A stretch of 64,000 bases of DNA from assembly GCA_017936645.1 (NCBI GenBank), contig JAGBFD010000070.1:4714-68713 (forward strand), in the 5' to 3' direction. The position numbers and the translations under genes were made by a program. Position 1 is the first letter of the stretch, and each line of letters opens with the position of its first letter. The notes below the pieces were generated by a model. That model was given only the letters and a program-made list of their open reading frames with translations, was not told the origin of the DNA and made no database searches. This DNA is from Clostridia bacterium. Lineage in GTDB: Bacteria > Bacillota > Clostridia > Oscillospirales > Acutalibacteraceae. Below, one piece after another: positions 35,874 through 45,063 of this stretch.

Positions 35874-36568
35874 ACAATATGTGCTGTGCTGTTGAGGTAA
35901 CAAAGCTCAATATCATATCCGTATGGTCCTGTATTTTCCTTATAAATTATAACTTTCGTAACTCCTGTATTTGAAAAAGCGGGATCAAAAAGTCTGGTAT
36001 CCTGTGCTTTGATTGCGTGGAGAAAAATATCGGTATTAAACCCACCGTGGGCAACACACATAACCTTTTCACCGTTATGATAGTGCATTTTCAGGTAAGA
36101 GATCACATTTTCTGCTCTTCTGCGGTGAGAATCCTGGTTTTGTCCGTCACCGTTAACGAGGTTTCCGCTGACATCAATCCCTTCGGGAGCAAGAATTCTG
36201 CCGTCAAACTCTTTATTAAGCTCTTCGAAAGTAACCGCTGAATAGTCCTCCCCAATGCCGCACTCTATAAGCCAGGGCATCGTGTAGATATACTTTTCAG
36301 AGCATTCGTTCTGCATAATCGCTTGATAAGCAGTCATAGTCGCTCTGCGCAACGGACTTGCATATACCGCATCAAATTTTACGTCCTTATAGTATTCTCC
36401 GAGTTGCTTTGCCTGATACATACCAAGCTCCGTAAGCGGAGGATTTACCCTCTGATCTCTTGTCAGCTCCTCTTCAGGGATACTGTAACCGCCTTTGACA
36501 TTTCCACAGGACTGACCGTGACGCACAATGTAGAGTTCCATCTCGATAATCGGTGTCTTCTTTTCCAT
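35852..36568 (-). CDS. histidine phosphatase family protein (phosphoglycerate mutase-like)
   Basis: LYIVRHGQSCGN (RHG motif), SPLRRA and AHGG blocks. Confidence 0.8.
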   Translation of the reverse strand: MEKKTPIIEMELYIVRHGQSCGNVKGGYSIPEEELTRDQRVNPPLTELGMYQAKQLGEYYKDVKFDAVYASPLRRATMTAYQAIMQNECSEKYIYTMPWLIECGIGEDYSAVTFEELNKEFDGRILAPEGIDVSGNLVNGDGQNQDSHRRRAENVISYLKMHYHNGEKVMCVAHGGFNTDIFLHAIKAQDTRLFDPAFSNTGVTKVIIYKENTGPYGYDIELCYLNSTAHIVKEKRSV

Positions 36569-36581
36569 ATTTTCACTTCCG

Positions 36582-37871
36582 TCAGTTTATTTTATAAGAT
36601 ACAGAGTTGATTTCAACAGTAAAAACAGAATTACTCAATACATCAGTATCAACTATGAATTTCGGATAAAGTTCTTTTGGGTCACAGTGCTCCGGATCTG
36701 TATGCGTATCAATAAAGCTGAAATCAATCGGCTCACCGTTTCGTTTTATCACAACGTTTCTCTTTTTCAGGTGATAAAAAACAGGTGAAGCCAGAACACA
36801 TTCTGTCACATTCTCTTTAACTTTCTTTGAGAGCTTCAGACTCCTTAGTGAGAGTATGTTTTTTCCTTCACAGCAGACCATAATCTCCCTCGGAGTGTTT
36901 ACGACAGTACAGCCTCCCCTGCGCTTAAGCCAATAATGCATATGTTCTATACTCACCGAAGGATGCAGTACGATGGTATCAGCATCCATTCTTGAAAGAA
37001 GAGAGTCAATACGTCTGTTGGCTTTTTTCCATTCGTCACCCTGCAGATGCAAAGGGAAAAATTTATTATCCATCAGTTTCCAACGGAAATCATTGAAAAC
37101 TATACCCTGAAAATATGCAGGGACTTTTCCCGGGAAAGAATCAAACAAATCTTCATAAAGCTTCATTGAAGTTTCAAAAATATGTTCGGGTGAAAACTGA
37201 GTGGAAACAACGCTGTTTATATTGCTGCGGTTATACACATACTCACCCTTATCGCAGAAACCGATTTTCATTTTTCTGCGAAGAATTTCACAGCAGTACT
37301 TCTCGTCTTCATGCTTGATGGTATCAAATTTAACATTATTTTCTCTCAGATTTTTGACACAGACATTCATATGAGTCTGTGTTATAAATCTGTTTTTCGG
37401 ATCATTCAGGTCATATACTCCCGTTTTTAGAAGAGTCATATAGCGGTAGTGCACAATCGTCGGTTTTTCGTTATAATACTGGACAATTCTGTATGTTACG
37501 AGATCCACCTCATCGTACACAGAATCAAAAAAACTGCATACACTCTCAATCGTTTCGGGCTTTACAGTATCATCGGAATCAAGGTAAAAAATGTACTTAC
37601 CCTCTGCCCTGTCCAAGGCGAAATTTCTCGCCTGTGAAGCACCTTCATTGACCTTTGTATATAGAAATACATTGTCATATTTTTCAGCGTACACCCTGCA
37701 GAGCTCTTCACTTGAATCAGTCGAGCCGTCGTTTATAAGAAGAATCTGCATTTTATCAAACTCAATCGTCTGATTAAGTAAAGACTGCATACACAAATCA
37801 ATGTACTTTTCTACATTGTATACGGGAATGACCACACTCACAAGGTACTTGAAATCAGCCAACGAAGTCAC
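36582..37871 (-). CDS. family 2 glycosyltransferase with a roughly 200-aa C-terminal extension
   Basis: VSVVIPVYNVEKYIDLCMQSLLNQT, INDGSTDSS and YLDSDD. Confidence 0.85.
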   Translation of the reverse strand: MTSLADFKYLVSVVIPVYNVEKYIDLCMQSLLNQTIEFDKMQILLINDGSTDSSEELCRVYAEKYDNVFLYTKVNEGASQARNFALDRAEGKYIFYLDSDDTVKPETIESVCSFFDSVYDEVDLVTYRIVQYYNEKPTIVHYRYMTLLKTGVYDLNDPKNRFITQTHMNVCVKNLRENNVKFDTIKHEDEKYCCEILRRKMKIGFCDKGEYVYNRSNINSVVSTQFSPEHIFETSMKLYEDLFDSFPGKVPAYFQGIVFNDFRWKLMDNKFFPLHLQGDEWKKANRRIDSLLSRMDADTIVLHPSVSIEHMHYWLKRRGGCTVVNTPREIMVCCEGKNILSLRSLKLSKKVKENVTECVLASPVFYHLKKRNVVIKRNGEPIDFSFIDTHTDPEHCDPKELYPKFIVDTDVLSNSVFTVEINSVSYKIN

Positions 37872-38901
37872 CTCCGAGAAGCTTGCGACTCAGTTTACAG
37901 CCGAATTTTTTCAAAAAGCCGTCCTTGCGGCAGTAAAACTTATAGTGAAGCCATGCACCTATACACTTTTTAAGCATATCTATACCGTATTTCCCTGAAT
38001 AAAAGTTTCTTACAACTGCATCGGGGACCATTGGCAGAGTTACCTCACGGTAATAGATGTGTGAACCGATGAATTTAAAATCAGCATAAACCGAATTTTC
38101 ATCACACAGCATATCTGTATCAACACCGTAGGCCGATCTGATCCAAGAAAGAAGAAGCGTATCATCCCGGAATTCATTCACGACAGCTTTGATTACGCTG
38201 AAAATATTCTCGTTCATCGCAGGAAGAAGTGCCGAAAAAACCGCACTTACAAAGAAAACCGTCGCTGATGTGTCTGCAGTCAGTCTGAATGCATTGGCAT
38301 ACTGCGAAAGATACAAAATCGACTCATCAGAACTAAATCCGTAATCACCATCAGAATACAGCAAAACTTCTCTGAGAAAAGTAAAGCTGTCATAGCGGTA
38401 ATAATCTGCAAGAAAAAGCATAATCGCAAGAGTATCCGACCCGCAAAGAACCAACGGATTTTTCCTTACAACATCACAGGAAACCAAGTGATTGAAATAC
38501 ACGGGCTTCGTGCCGATATCCTCACTTGAAAAGTTCCCCGTGAAAGCCTGACTGCATTCACCGTTATTGATAATACCTGCATTGCACACCGCAGATCTGC
38601 CTGCAGAAGCAACAATAAGCTTTTCTAAAGCATCAGGTGAAAAAATAACGTTTTCGTCAGAAAACATCATAAACTTACCTTTGACAGCATTTATTGCCGC
38701 ATTAAGTGCTTCGGTTTTATTGTCTGATGAGACTATCGAAACAAACTGCGAATACTCATTATTTACATTCAATTCACCTGAATTGTCGCATACCAACAGT
38801 TCGATATTAAGATTTCCCGTAAATAACGAGCTGCAGAACCTGTTGAATTTTTCAGCAGATGAAACTTCAGGCAAAATTATACTAACATTTACAGACGACA
38901 T
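37855..38901 (-). CDS. divergent GT2-like glycosyltransferase
   Basis: AAGGGTGG RBS lies before ATG 38901. VSIILPE...LLVCDNSG...FSDENV is a degenerate GT-A pattern. The 3' end overlaps the next GT2 gene by 17 nt. Confidence 0.5.
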   Translation of the reverse strand: MSSVNVSIILPEVSSAEKFNRFCSSLFTGNLNIELLVCDNSGELNVNNEYSQFVSIVSSDNKTEALNAAINAVKGKFMMFSDENVIFSPDALEKLIVASAGRSAVCNAGIINNGECSQAFTGNFSSEDIGTKPVYFNHLVSCDVVRKNPLVLCGSDTLAIMLFLADYYRYDSFTFLREVLLYSDGDYGFSSDESILYLSQYANAFRLTADTSATVFFVSAVFSALLPAMNENIFSVIKAVVNEFRDDTLLLSWIRSAYGVDTDMLCDENSVYADFKFIGSHIYYREVTLPMVPDAVVRNFYSGKYGIDMLKKCIGAWLHYKFYCRKDGFLKKFGCKLSRKLLGGDFVG

Positions 38902-39060
38902 ATAAAAACCACCCTTTCGAGTCTTACTTGATAATTGTAACACAGTCAACGTAATTATTCAAGAAACAAGACTGATTAAGAGTTTTTTATTTTCTCAGGC
39001 ATTTGGATGAAAAATACTGACATAATTTAAAAATACGGTCAAGGAAATATTGTTTTTTAC

Positions 39061-39089
39061 TTGATAAATTTACCAATAATGGTATAATA
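39061..39089 (+). promoter_or_regulatory. strong sigma-A-type promoter of metG
   Basis: TTGATA (39061-39066), 17 nt, TATAAT (39084-39089). The AGGAGGG RBS follows. Confidence 0.6.
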
Positions 39090-39119
39090 ATTCTATATGT
39101 AAATTCAGGAGGGATTTCC

Positions 39120-41063
39120 ATGAATAAAGGAAAATACTATATAACTACAGCCATTGCGTACACTTCACGCAAACCTCATATCGGTAACTCTTACGAAATC
39201 GTTATGACAGATGCACTTGCACGCTATAAGAGAATGCAGGGTTATGACGTTTTCTTCCAGACCGGTACTGATGAACACGGTCAGAAAATTGAAGAAATCG
39301 CAAAAGAGGCAGGTATCACACCGAAGGAGCACGTTGACAAGGTAGCAGGTGAAATCAAGGATATCTGTGACCTTCTTAACACAACGTATGATAAATTTAT
39401 CCGTACAACTGATGACTACCACGAAAAGGTAGTTCAGAAGATTTTCAAAAAGCTGTATGAACAGGGTGACATCTACAAGAGTGAGTACGAAGGAATGTAC
39501 TGCACACCCTGCGAATCTTTCTGGACTGAGTCTCAGCTCGTTGACGGTAAATGTCCTGACTGCGGTCGTGACGTAAAACCCGCAAGAGAAGAGGCGTATT
39601 TCCTCAGGCTTTCAAAGTATCAGAAGCAGCTTGAAGAGTACATTGAGAATAACGAAAACTTCATCTACCCCGAAAGCCGCAAAAAAGAAATGCTTAACAA
39701 TTTCATCAAACCCGGCCTTCAGGATCTTTGCGTATCCCGTACATCTTTCAAATGGGGTATCCCTGTAGATTTCGACCCGAATCATGTAGTTTACGTATGG
39801 ATTGATGCTCTTACAAACTACATCACAGGCATAGGATATGATCCGGACGGTTCAAGTGATATGTACAAAAAATACTGGCCGGCTGATGTCCACGTAATCG
39901 GTAAGGACATCGTAAGATTCCACACCATTTACTGGCCTATTATGCTTATGGCACTCGGTGAGCCGCTTCCAAAGCAGGTATTCGGCCACCCGTGGCTTCT
40001 CTTCGGTGCAGACAAGATGTCAAAATCAAGAGGCAACGTTATCTATGCAGATGACCTCGTTGAGCTTTTCGGTGTTGACGCTGTGAGATACTATCTCCTT
40101 TCGGAGATGCCGTACACTTCTGACGGTTCAATCACATACGAGACAATCATCGAAAGATACAACTCTGACCTTGCAAACACACTCGGCAACCTTGTTAACC
40201 GTACCGTTGCTATGACAAACAAATACTTCGGCGGAGAAGTTATGTCCGCTGACGTTACAGAGGATATCGATAATGAGCTTAAGACTCTTGCAGTTGATAC
40301 TGTCAAAAAGGTTGACAAACTCTTCAGCGAATACCGTGTAAGTGACACACTTGAAGCTATCTTCGCTCTTGCAAAGCGTTGCAACAAGTACATTGACGAA
40401 ACAATGCCGTGGGCACTCGCAAAGGACGAAGAAAAGAAAGCAAGACTCGGTACTGTTCTTTACAATCTCCTTGAAGGTATCCGTTTCACAGCAGTACTCC
40501 TCTCACCCTTTATGCCTGAAACTGCACAGAAGATTTTCGATCAGCTCAATACAGACGTCACATCTTATGAAAGTCTCGAAGCTTTCGGCGGACTCAAAGT
40601 CGGTACAAATGTAGGCACAGCTACACCTCTCTTCGGCAGAATTGATGCAAACGAAATGTTTGAAAAGATCGAAGCTAAGAGAAAGGCTCAGGAAGCAGCT
40701 GAAAAGAAAGAAGAGAGACCTGAAATAGTCGGTCTCGCTCAGATCGGTATCGATGACTTCGCTAAAGTTGAATTAAGAGTGGCTGAAATCAAGGACTGTG
40801 AGCCTGTCAAAAAAGCAAAGAAGCTTCTTAAGCTTACTCTTGATGACGGCACAGATACTCCGAGAACCGTCGCAAGCGGCATCGCTAAATGGTACAAGCC
40901 CGAGGACCTTATCGGTAAAAAAGTCATACTTGTAGCAAATCTCAAGCCGGCTGTTCTCTGCGGTGTTGAAAGCTGCGGCATGATCCTTGCAGCCGACTGT
41001 GCGGAAGATGATGTAAAAGTTATCTTCGTAGATGATATGCCTGCAGGAGCAAGAATAAGATAA
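39120..41063 (+). CDS. metG: methionine--tRNA ligase with a C-terminal tRNA-binding (EMAP/Trbp111-like) domain
   Basis: HIGNSY (HIGH), KMSKSRGN (KMSKS) and a CxxC...CPDCG zinc knuckle. 647 aa. Confidence 0.95.
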   Translation: MNKGKYYITTAIAYTSRKPHIGNSYEIVMTDALARYKRMQGYDVFFQTGTDEHGQKIEEIAKEAGITPKEHVDKVAGEIKDICDLLNTTYDKFIRTTDDYHEKVVQKIFKKLYEQGDIYKSEYEGMYCTPCESFWTESQLVDGKCPDCGRDVKPAREEAYFLRLSKYQKQLEEYIENNENFIYPESRKKEMLNNFIKPGLQDLCVSRTSFKWGIPVDFDPNHVVYVWIDALTNYITGIGYDPDGSSDMYKKYWPADVHVIGKDIVRFHTIYWPIMLMALGEPLPKQVFGHPWLLFGADKMSKSRGNVIYADDLVELFGVDAVRYYLLSEMPYTSDGSITYETIIERYNSDLANTLGNLVNRTVAMTNKYFGGEVMSADVTEDIDNELKTLAVDTVKKVDKLFSEYRVSDTLEAIFALAKRCNKYIDETMPWALAKDEEKKARLGTVLYNLLEGIRFTAVLLSPFMPETAQKIFDQLNTDVTSYESLEAFGGLKVGTNVGTATPLFGRIDANEMFEKIEAKRKAQEAAEKKEERPEIVGLAQIGIDDFAKVELRVAEIKDCEPVKKAKKLLKLTLDDGTDTPRTVASGIAKWYKPEDLIGKKVILVANLKPAVLCGVESCGMILAADCAEDDVKVIFVDDMPAGARIR

Positions 41064-41830
41064 TGTATAAGCATATTTTCGATACACACGCTCACTACGA
41101 TGACATAAAATTTGACGAGGACAGAGATGAACTTTTAAAGAATCTCCCTGAAAGCGGAGTTGAATTTGTTATCAACTGCGGTTGTGATCTCAGATCCTGC
41201 GAGAAGACGATTTCAATATGTGACAGCTTTGATTACTTCTACTGTGCACTCGGCATTCATCCGAGCGAAATCAATGATAACAGCGATGCTGAGCTTGAAA
41301 AAATCAAGGAAATGTGTTCCTATCAAAAATGTGTCGCCGTAGGTGAAATCGGACTTGACTATCACTACGATTTCGTACCGAAGGATAAACAGCTTGATTT
41401 TTTTGAAAAGCAGTTACAGTTTGCTGTTGAGGCAAAGCTGCCGGTCATAGTTCACGACCGTGAGGCACACGAGGATACATTGAATCTGCTGAAAAAGTAC
41501 AGACCCGAAGGTGTACTTCACTGTTTTTCAGGCAGCGTCGAAATAGCAAAGGAGATTATAAAACTCGGAATGTATATCGGTCTCGGCGGTGCAGTTACAT
41601 TCAAAAATGCACGAAAGCCGCTTGAAGTTGCCAAATATCTTCCCGAAGACAGGCTTCTGCTTGAAACAGACTGTCCGTATATGGCTCCCGTGCCGTTCAG
41701 AGGCAAACGCTGTACTTCAGATATGATAGCGATGACATCAGAGAAAATCGCTGAAGTCAGAAACGCTGACACTCAGCAAGTCATTGATTCTGCTAAGGAG
41801 AATGCTTTCAGACTTTTTAATATCAGATAA
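41063..41830 (+). CDS. tatD: TatD-family metal-dependent hydrolase (YabD)
   Basis: FDTHAHY, GEIGLDYHY, VIVHDREAH and ETDCPY motifs. There is a 1-nt TAATG overlap with metG, matching the B. subtilis metS-yabD order. Confidence 0.9.
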   Translation: MYKHIFDTHAHYDDIKFDEDRDELLKNLPESGVEFVINCGCDLRSCEKTISICDSFDYFYCALGIHPSEINDNSDAELEKIKEMCSYQKCVAVGEIGLDYHYDFVPKDKQLDFFEKQLQFAVEAKLPVIVHDREAHEDTLNLLKKYRPEGVLHCFSGSVEIAKEIIKLGMYIGLGGAVTFKNARKPLEVAKYLPEDRLLLETDCPYMAPVPFRGKRCTSDMIAMTSEKIAEVRNADTQQVIDSAKENAFRLFNIR

Positions 41831-41836
41831 GTTAAG

Positions 41837-41867
41837 AAAACCCACGACCGTAGAAAGTCGTGGGTTT
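41837..41867. terminator. bidirectional terminator
   Basis: AAAACCCACGAC-CGTAGAAA-GTCGTGGGTTT followed by CATTTCT. Confidence 0.75.
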
Positions 41868-41875
41868 CATTTCTG

Positions 41876-43273
41876 CTATTTAGCTATCTTTTCTTTTTCC
41901 TTGGCTGAAACTTCATTATGTGCCGACGGAGCTCCAATTTTCTTAAAAAGCTGTTCATACGGCATAAGCATACCCTCATTCATTTTATTGCCCATTTTAG
42001 AGAGTATTTTCTCATTTGACAGCATCATACCCACACCGTACATCATAAGCGTCTTACCTTTTTTCTTTTGCGGGAAATCGTAGATACCCTGCTTTTTATA
42101 GAACTTATGGTCAGCACGCATCATTCCTCGCATCTGATAGATAAGGTCACGAAATATTTTCATACCGCCCACTCCCCAGAAATTCTGCGGTGCGGTGTGC
42201 TTTGTCTCAAGTGCGAACGTAAGTGATTTAGCAAGGTCGTCAATCTGCTTATCGGTGTCATATTCATCTGTTGCGACACCTGCAAGGAAATTACCTCCCG
42301 TTTCGCAACGTGCCTCAATGACGGTTCTGAGATTATTTTCAGCCGAGTAATTACCCGAAACAAGATAGCCGACAGGCATACCGACGGTTACTGTTCTGTG
42401 ACCGTTACAGAAATTACGGTCATCGTACATTTTGAACCTTGAACCCATAGAATGATCAGATATTCTGAACGCATAAACGATCGCATCGGCTTTCTGAATA
42501 TTCTCACGCAGGAACTTGTCGAAACCGTCCTTATACACACACTTCTCGCTCACGGCACAGCGGAAGCATCCGAGGCATCCTCCCGCAAGAGGATATTCTG
42601 AGATATTGACAATACGCGTTTCGTAACCGAAAACACTCTGAAAACGTGCTATCATCCTGCTGAGATTTGAATTTTTCTCAGTTTCATCCGTGAGGATAAT
42701 TATATCCTTACCCTTGTTTTTACCCTTATTAGTTTCGTACAAAGTTGCAGGTACGCAGTCGTATGTCAACTCACTACTAGGTGCTATGGTATATACTTTC
42801 TCTGCAACAGACCAAAGAAAACGCTCAAAGAATTTTTCTGCATCCTTTCTCCCCTTTTCTTCGAGCAGGTCTTCCATATCTGCTGAAAGACCGCGGATAT
42901 ATTTCATACCCATATCAAGTGAATTTTCTTCGATATACTTGTGTGCTGTGATATCGTAGAAATGCTTCGACGTAGAAATCTGCGTAGCATACTTATCCTT
43001 AACATTGACACCGTTTTCCTTCATAAGCTCTATAAAGCGATGGAGCTGTGACGGTGCAAGAAAAGTGTATACGGGATATGAAAAAAGGATCGCATCTGCA
43101 CTTTCAAGAAGATCCGATGCTTTTGAAAAATCCTTTTCAAGGGTTTTTATTTTCTGACCTGCGTGAATTACTGAAAACTCGTGATCGGGATATTTAATTT
43201 CAAGATAGTGTACTGTCTGAAGAGTTATACTGTATTTGCCCTTCGGACTGCCGTTTACAACTACAATTTTCAT
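41876..43273 (-). CDS. tandem flavodoxin-like (NADPH-dependent FMN reductase fold) protein with an iron-sulfur flavoprotein-type Cys motif
   Basis: MKIVVVNGSPKGK...SYPVY in the first half. GKDIIILTD...GGCLGCFRCAVSEKC (CX2CX2CX5C, about 42540-42580) in the second half. ATG 43273 has AGGA 8 nt upstream. Confidence 0.6.
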   Translation of the reverse strand: MKIVVVNGSPKGKYSITLQTVHYLEIKYPDHEFSVIHAGQKIKTLEKDFSKASDLLESADAILFSYPVYTFLAPSQLHRFIELMKENGVNVKDKYATQISTSKHFYDITAHKYIEENSLDMGMKYIRGLSADMEDLLEEKGRKDAEKFFERFLWSVAEKVYTIAPSSELTYDCVPATLYETNKGKNKGKDIIILTDETEKNSNLSRMIARFQSVFGYETRIVNISEYPLAGGCLGCFRCAVSEKCVYKDGFDKFLRENIQKADAIVYAFRISDHSMGSRFKMYDDRNFCNGHRTVTVGMPVGYLVSGNYSAENNLRTVIEARCETGGNFLAGVATDEYDTDKQIDDLAKSLTFALETKHTAPQNFWGVGGMKIFRDLIYQMRGMMRADHKFYKKQGIYDFPQKKKGKTLMMYGVGMMLSNEKILSKMGNKMNEGMLMPYEQLFKKIGAPSAHNEVSAKEKEKIAK

Positions 43274-43394
43274 ATTCAACATCCTGACTATACAATTTTG
43301 AAATATTGTAACATAATTCTACAGTAAATTCAAATTTAATTAAACTGTTGATACACTGAGCTGTTTCTGCTATAATCACAAGGGAGTTGAGACA

Positions 43395-43880
43395 ATGAGT
43401 AAAACAGACTACGAAAAAATGTACAAAACAATTTTCGATACCTTAGGTGATCTGACACCGCTTACTGTCGACTGCGGTGTACTGTGTGACGGTGCGTGCT
43501 GTAAGGGTGATCAGCAGACAGGTATGAGACTTTTCCCTCACGAAAAAAGTTGTCTTGCGATAACTGAAACAGAATCGGGTGAAAGGCTGGCAGTATGCAA
43601 CGGTACGTGCGACAGAAATGAACGTCCCCTCGCCTGCAGGATTTTTCCTTTTTTTCCGACAATTGACGAAAGCGGAAAAATATTCGTTGAGCCGGACTAC
43701 AGAGCCGCAAGACTTTGTCCGCTCATTTCACATAGCGATGAAATCGTATTTGACCCGAAGTTTTTCAAAGCACTGAAAAAGGTCGGTAAAATCCTTGCAA
43801 AAGACAGCGAATGCAAGAATTATCTTTATAAAGTTACGGAAGAAATTGATATGTACTACAGCTTTTTATCAAAAGAATAA
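43395..43880 (+). CDS. YkgJ-family cysteine-cluster protein (putative Zn/Fe-S binding)
   Basis: DCGVLCDGACCKG plus the later CNGTCD and ACRIFPFFP blocks. Confidence 0.55.
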   Translation: MSKTDYEKMYKTIFDTLGDLTPLTVDCGVLCDGACCKGDQQTGMRLFPHEKSCLAITETESGERLAVCNGTCDRNERPLACRIFPFFPTIDESGKIFVEPDYRAARLCPLISHSDEIVFDPKFFKALKKVGKILAKDSECKNYLYKVTEEIDMYYSFLSKE

Positions 43881-43943
43881 ACTGTTGAAACCGACACTTT
43901 GTTATGATATAATGAACAAAAATCAAGGATGGGAGAAATCATA

Positions 43944-44483
43944 ATGACAGAATATCAGAAAAAAATCAAAAGAGTTATAATAACGGAAGACGAAATAGCC
44001 GCAAAAATCAAGGAAATCGGTAAAGAAATCGACAAAATCTACGACGGTCGTCCCATCCTTCTCGTAAGCGTTCTTAAGGGTGCTTTTGTATTTATGGCCG
44101 ACATCTGCAGAGCCGTTTCAGTTCCTTGCGAAATCGGATTTATGTGTGCCAAAAGCTACTATCAAGGCACAGTATCAACAGGTATTGTTAACATCACAAT
44201 GGATCTTGATCAGGATGTAAAGGACTATCACGTTGTAATAGTCGAGGATATTATCGACACAGGAAGAACGCTCAAGGATGTAGTAAAGCTCCTCAAGGCA
44301 CGTAACCCTCTTTCTCTGCATGTTGTTACACTGCTTGATAAGCCTGACAGAAGACTGGTTGAAATAGAGCCTGACTGGGCACTTTTCACAATTCCTGATT
44401 TCTTCGTTATCGGTTACGGACTTGACTGTGGCGAGCTTTATCGTAGCCTCCCGTACATAGCCGAATATAATACTGAAGTGTAA
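43944..44483 (+). CDS. hpt: hypoxanthine phosphoribosyltransferase
   Basis: GGGAG lies 8 nt before ATG 43944. VVIVEDIIDTGRTL is the PRPP-binding motif, and the C-terminal FVIGYGLD is present. Confidence 0.95.
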   Translation: MTEYQKKIKRVIITEDEIAAKIKEIGKEIDKIYDGRPILLVSVLKGAFVFMADICRAVSVPCEIGFMCAKSYYQGTVSTGIVNITMDLDQDVKDYHVVIVEDIIDTGRTLKDVVKLLKARNPLSLHVVTLLDKPDRRLVEIEPDWALFTIPDFFVIGYGLDCGELYRSLPYIAEYNTEV

Positions 44484-44487
44484 AGAA

Positions 44488-44518
44488 AAACCTGCCTAAA
44501 CGGGCAGGTTTAATTTTT
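44488..44518. terminator. bidirectional terminator after hpt
   Basis: AAACCTGCC-TAAACG-GGCAGGTTT followed by AATTTTTT. Confidence 0.8.
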
Positions 44519-45007
44519 TCAGTTTTCAAAATCGAGAATCACAAGCTCATTACCCTGTGATTTTATAATTTTTACAATATCGTCAAAGCTGAGCCATACG
44601 GTTGCATCGTGCTCATTGGGATGAACGCCGAGCTTTTCACAGCCTTCAAGCTTTTTGTCAAGCACAACCGTTACTAAGTGGTCAGCATCATTGAGAATAC
44701 CAAGCGGAGAAACACAGCCTGCTGTCACGCCAAGATACTTTTCAAGTCTTTCGGCAGACGCAAAACTTACCTTGCCTGCTTCAAGCTTAGTGCCGATTTC
44801 TTTAAGATTTACACGGGTATCATTATCTGCGGTGATAAGAAAATGCTTTTTACCTTTATGGTCACGGATGAAAAGATTTTTACAGATTGTGCCGAGCTTA
44901 TCAAGACCCTCAGCCTGCATCTCCTCCATTGTGTAAACAGGAGCGTGGTCTGTTACCTCGTATTTGATATTTTGACTATTCAAAAATTCATATACTTTAT
45001 TTTTCAT
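44519..45007 (-). CDS. YbaK/ProX-type aminoacyl-tRNA editing (deacylase) domain protein
   Basis: 162 aa. ...CKNLFIRD.KGKKHFL...GCVSPLG... is the pattern of prolyl-tRNA-synthetase-associated editing domains. Confidence 0.7.
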   Translation of the reverse strand: MKNKVYEFLNSQNIKYEVTDHAPVYTMEEMQAEGLDKLGTICKNLFIRDHKGKKHFLITADNDTRVNLKEIGTKLEAGKVSFASAERLEKYLGVTAGCVSPLGILNDADHLVTVVLDKKLEGCEKLGVHPNEHDATVWLSFDDIVKIIKSQGNELVILDFEN

Positions 45008-45026
45008 AATTTCACCTTATTTAAAA

Positions 45027-45053
45027 AGTGCCTTATAAAAACTATAAGGCACT
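45027..45053 (-). terminator. terminator after the CofE-like gene
   Basis: The minus-strand RNA reads AGTGCCTTATA-GTTTT-TATAAGGCACT and is followed by TTTTT. Confidence 0.75.
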
Positions 45054-45063
45054 TGAAATTTTA

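Noticed and set aside
38950-39119. Possible T-box or other leader upstream of metG
   Set aside because: The strong promoter ends at 39089 and the SD/ATG follow within about 30 nt. There is no room for a roughly 200-nt T-box leader, and no specifier or terminator hairpin is seen.
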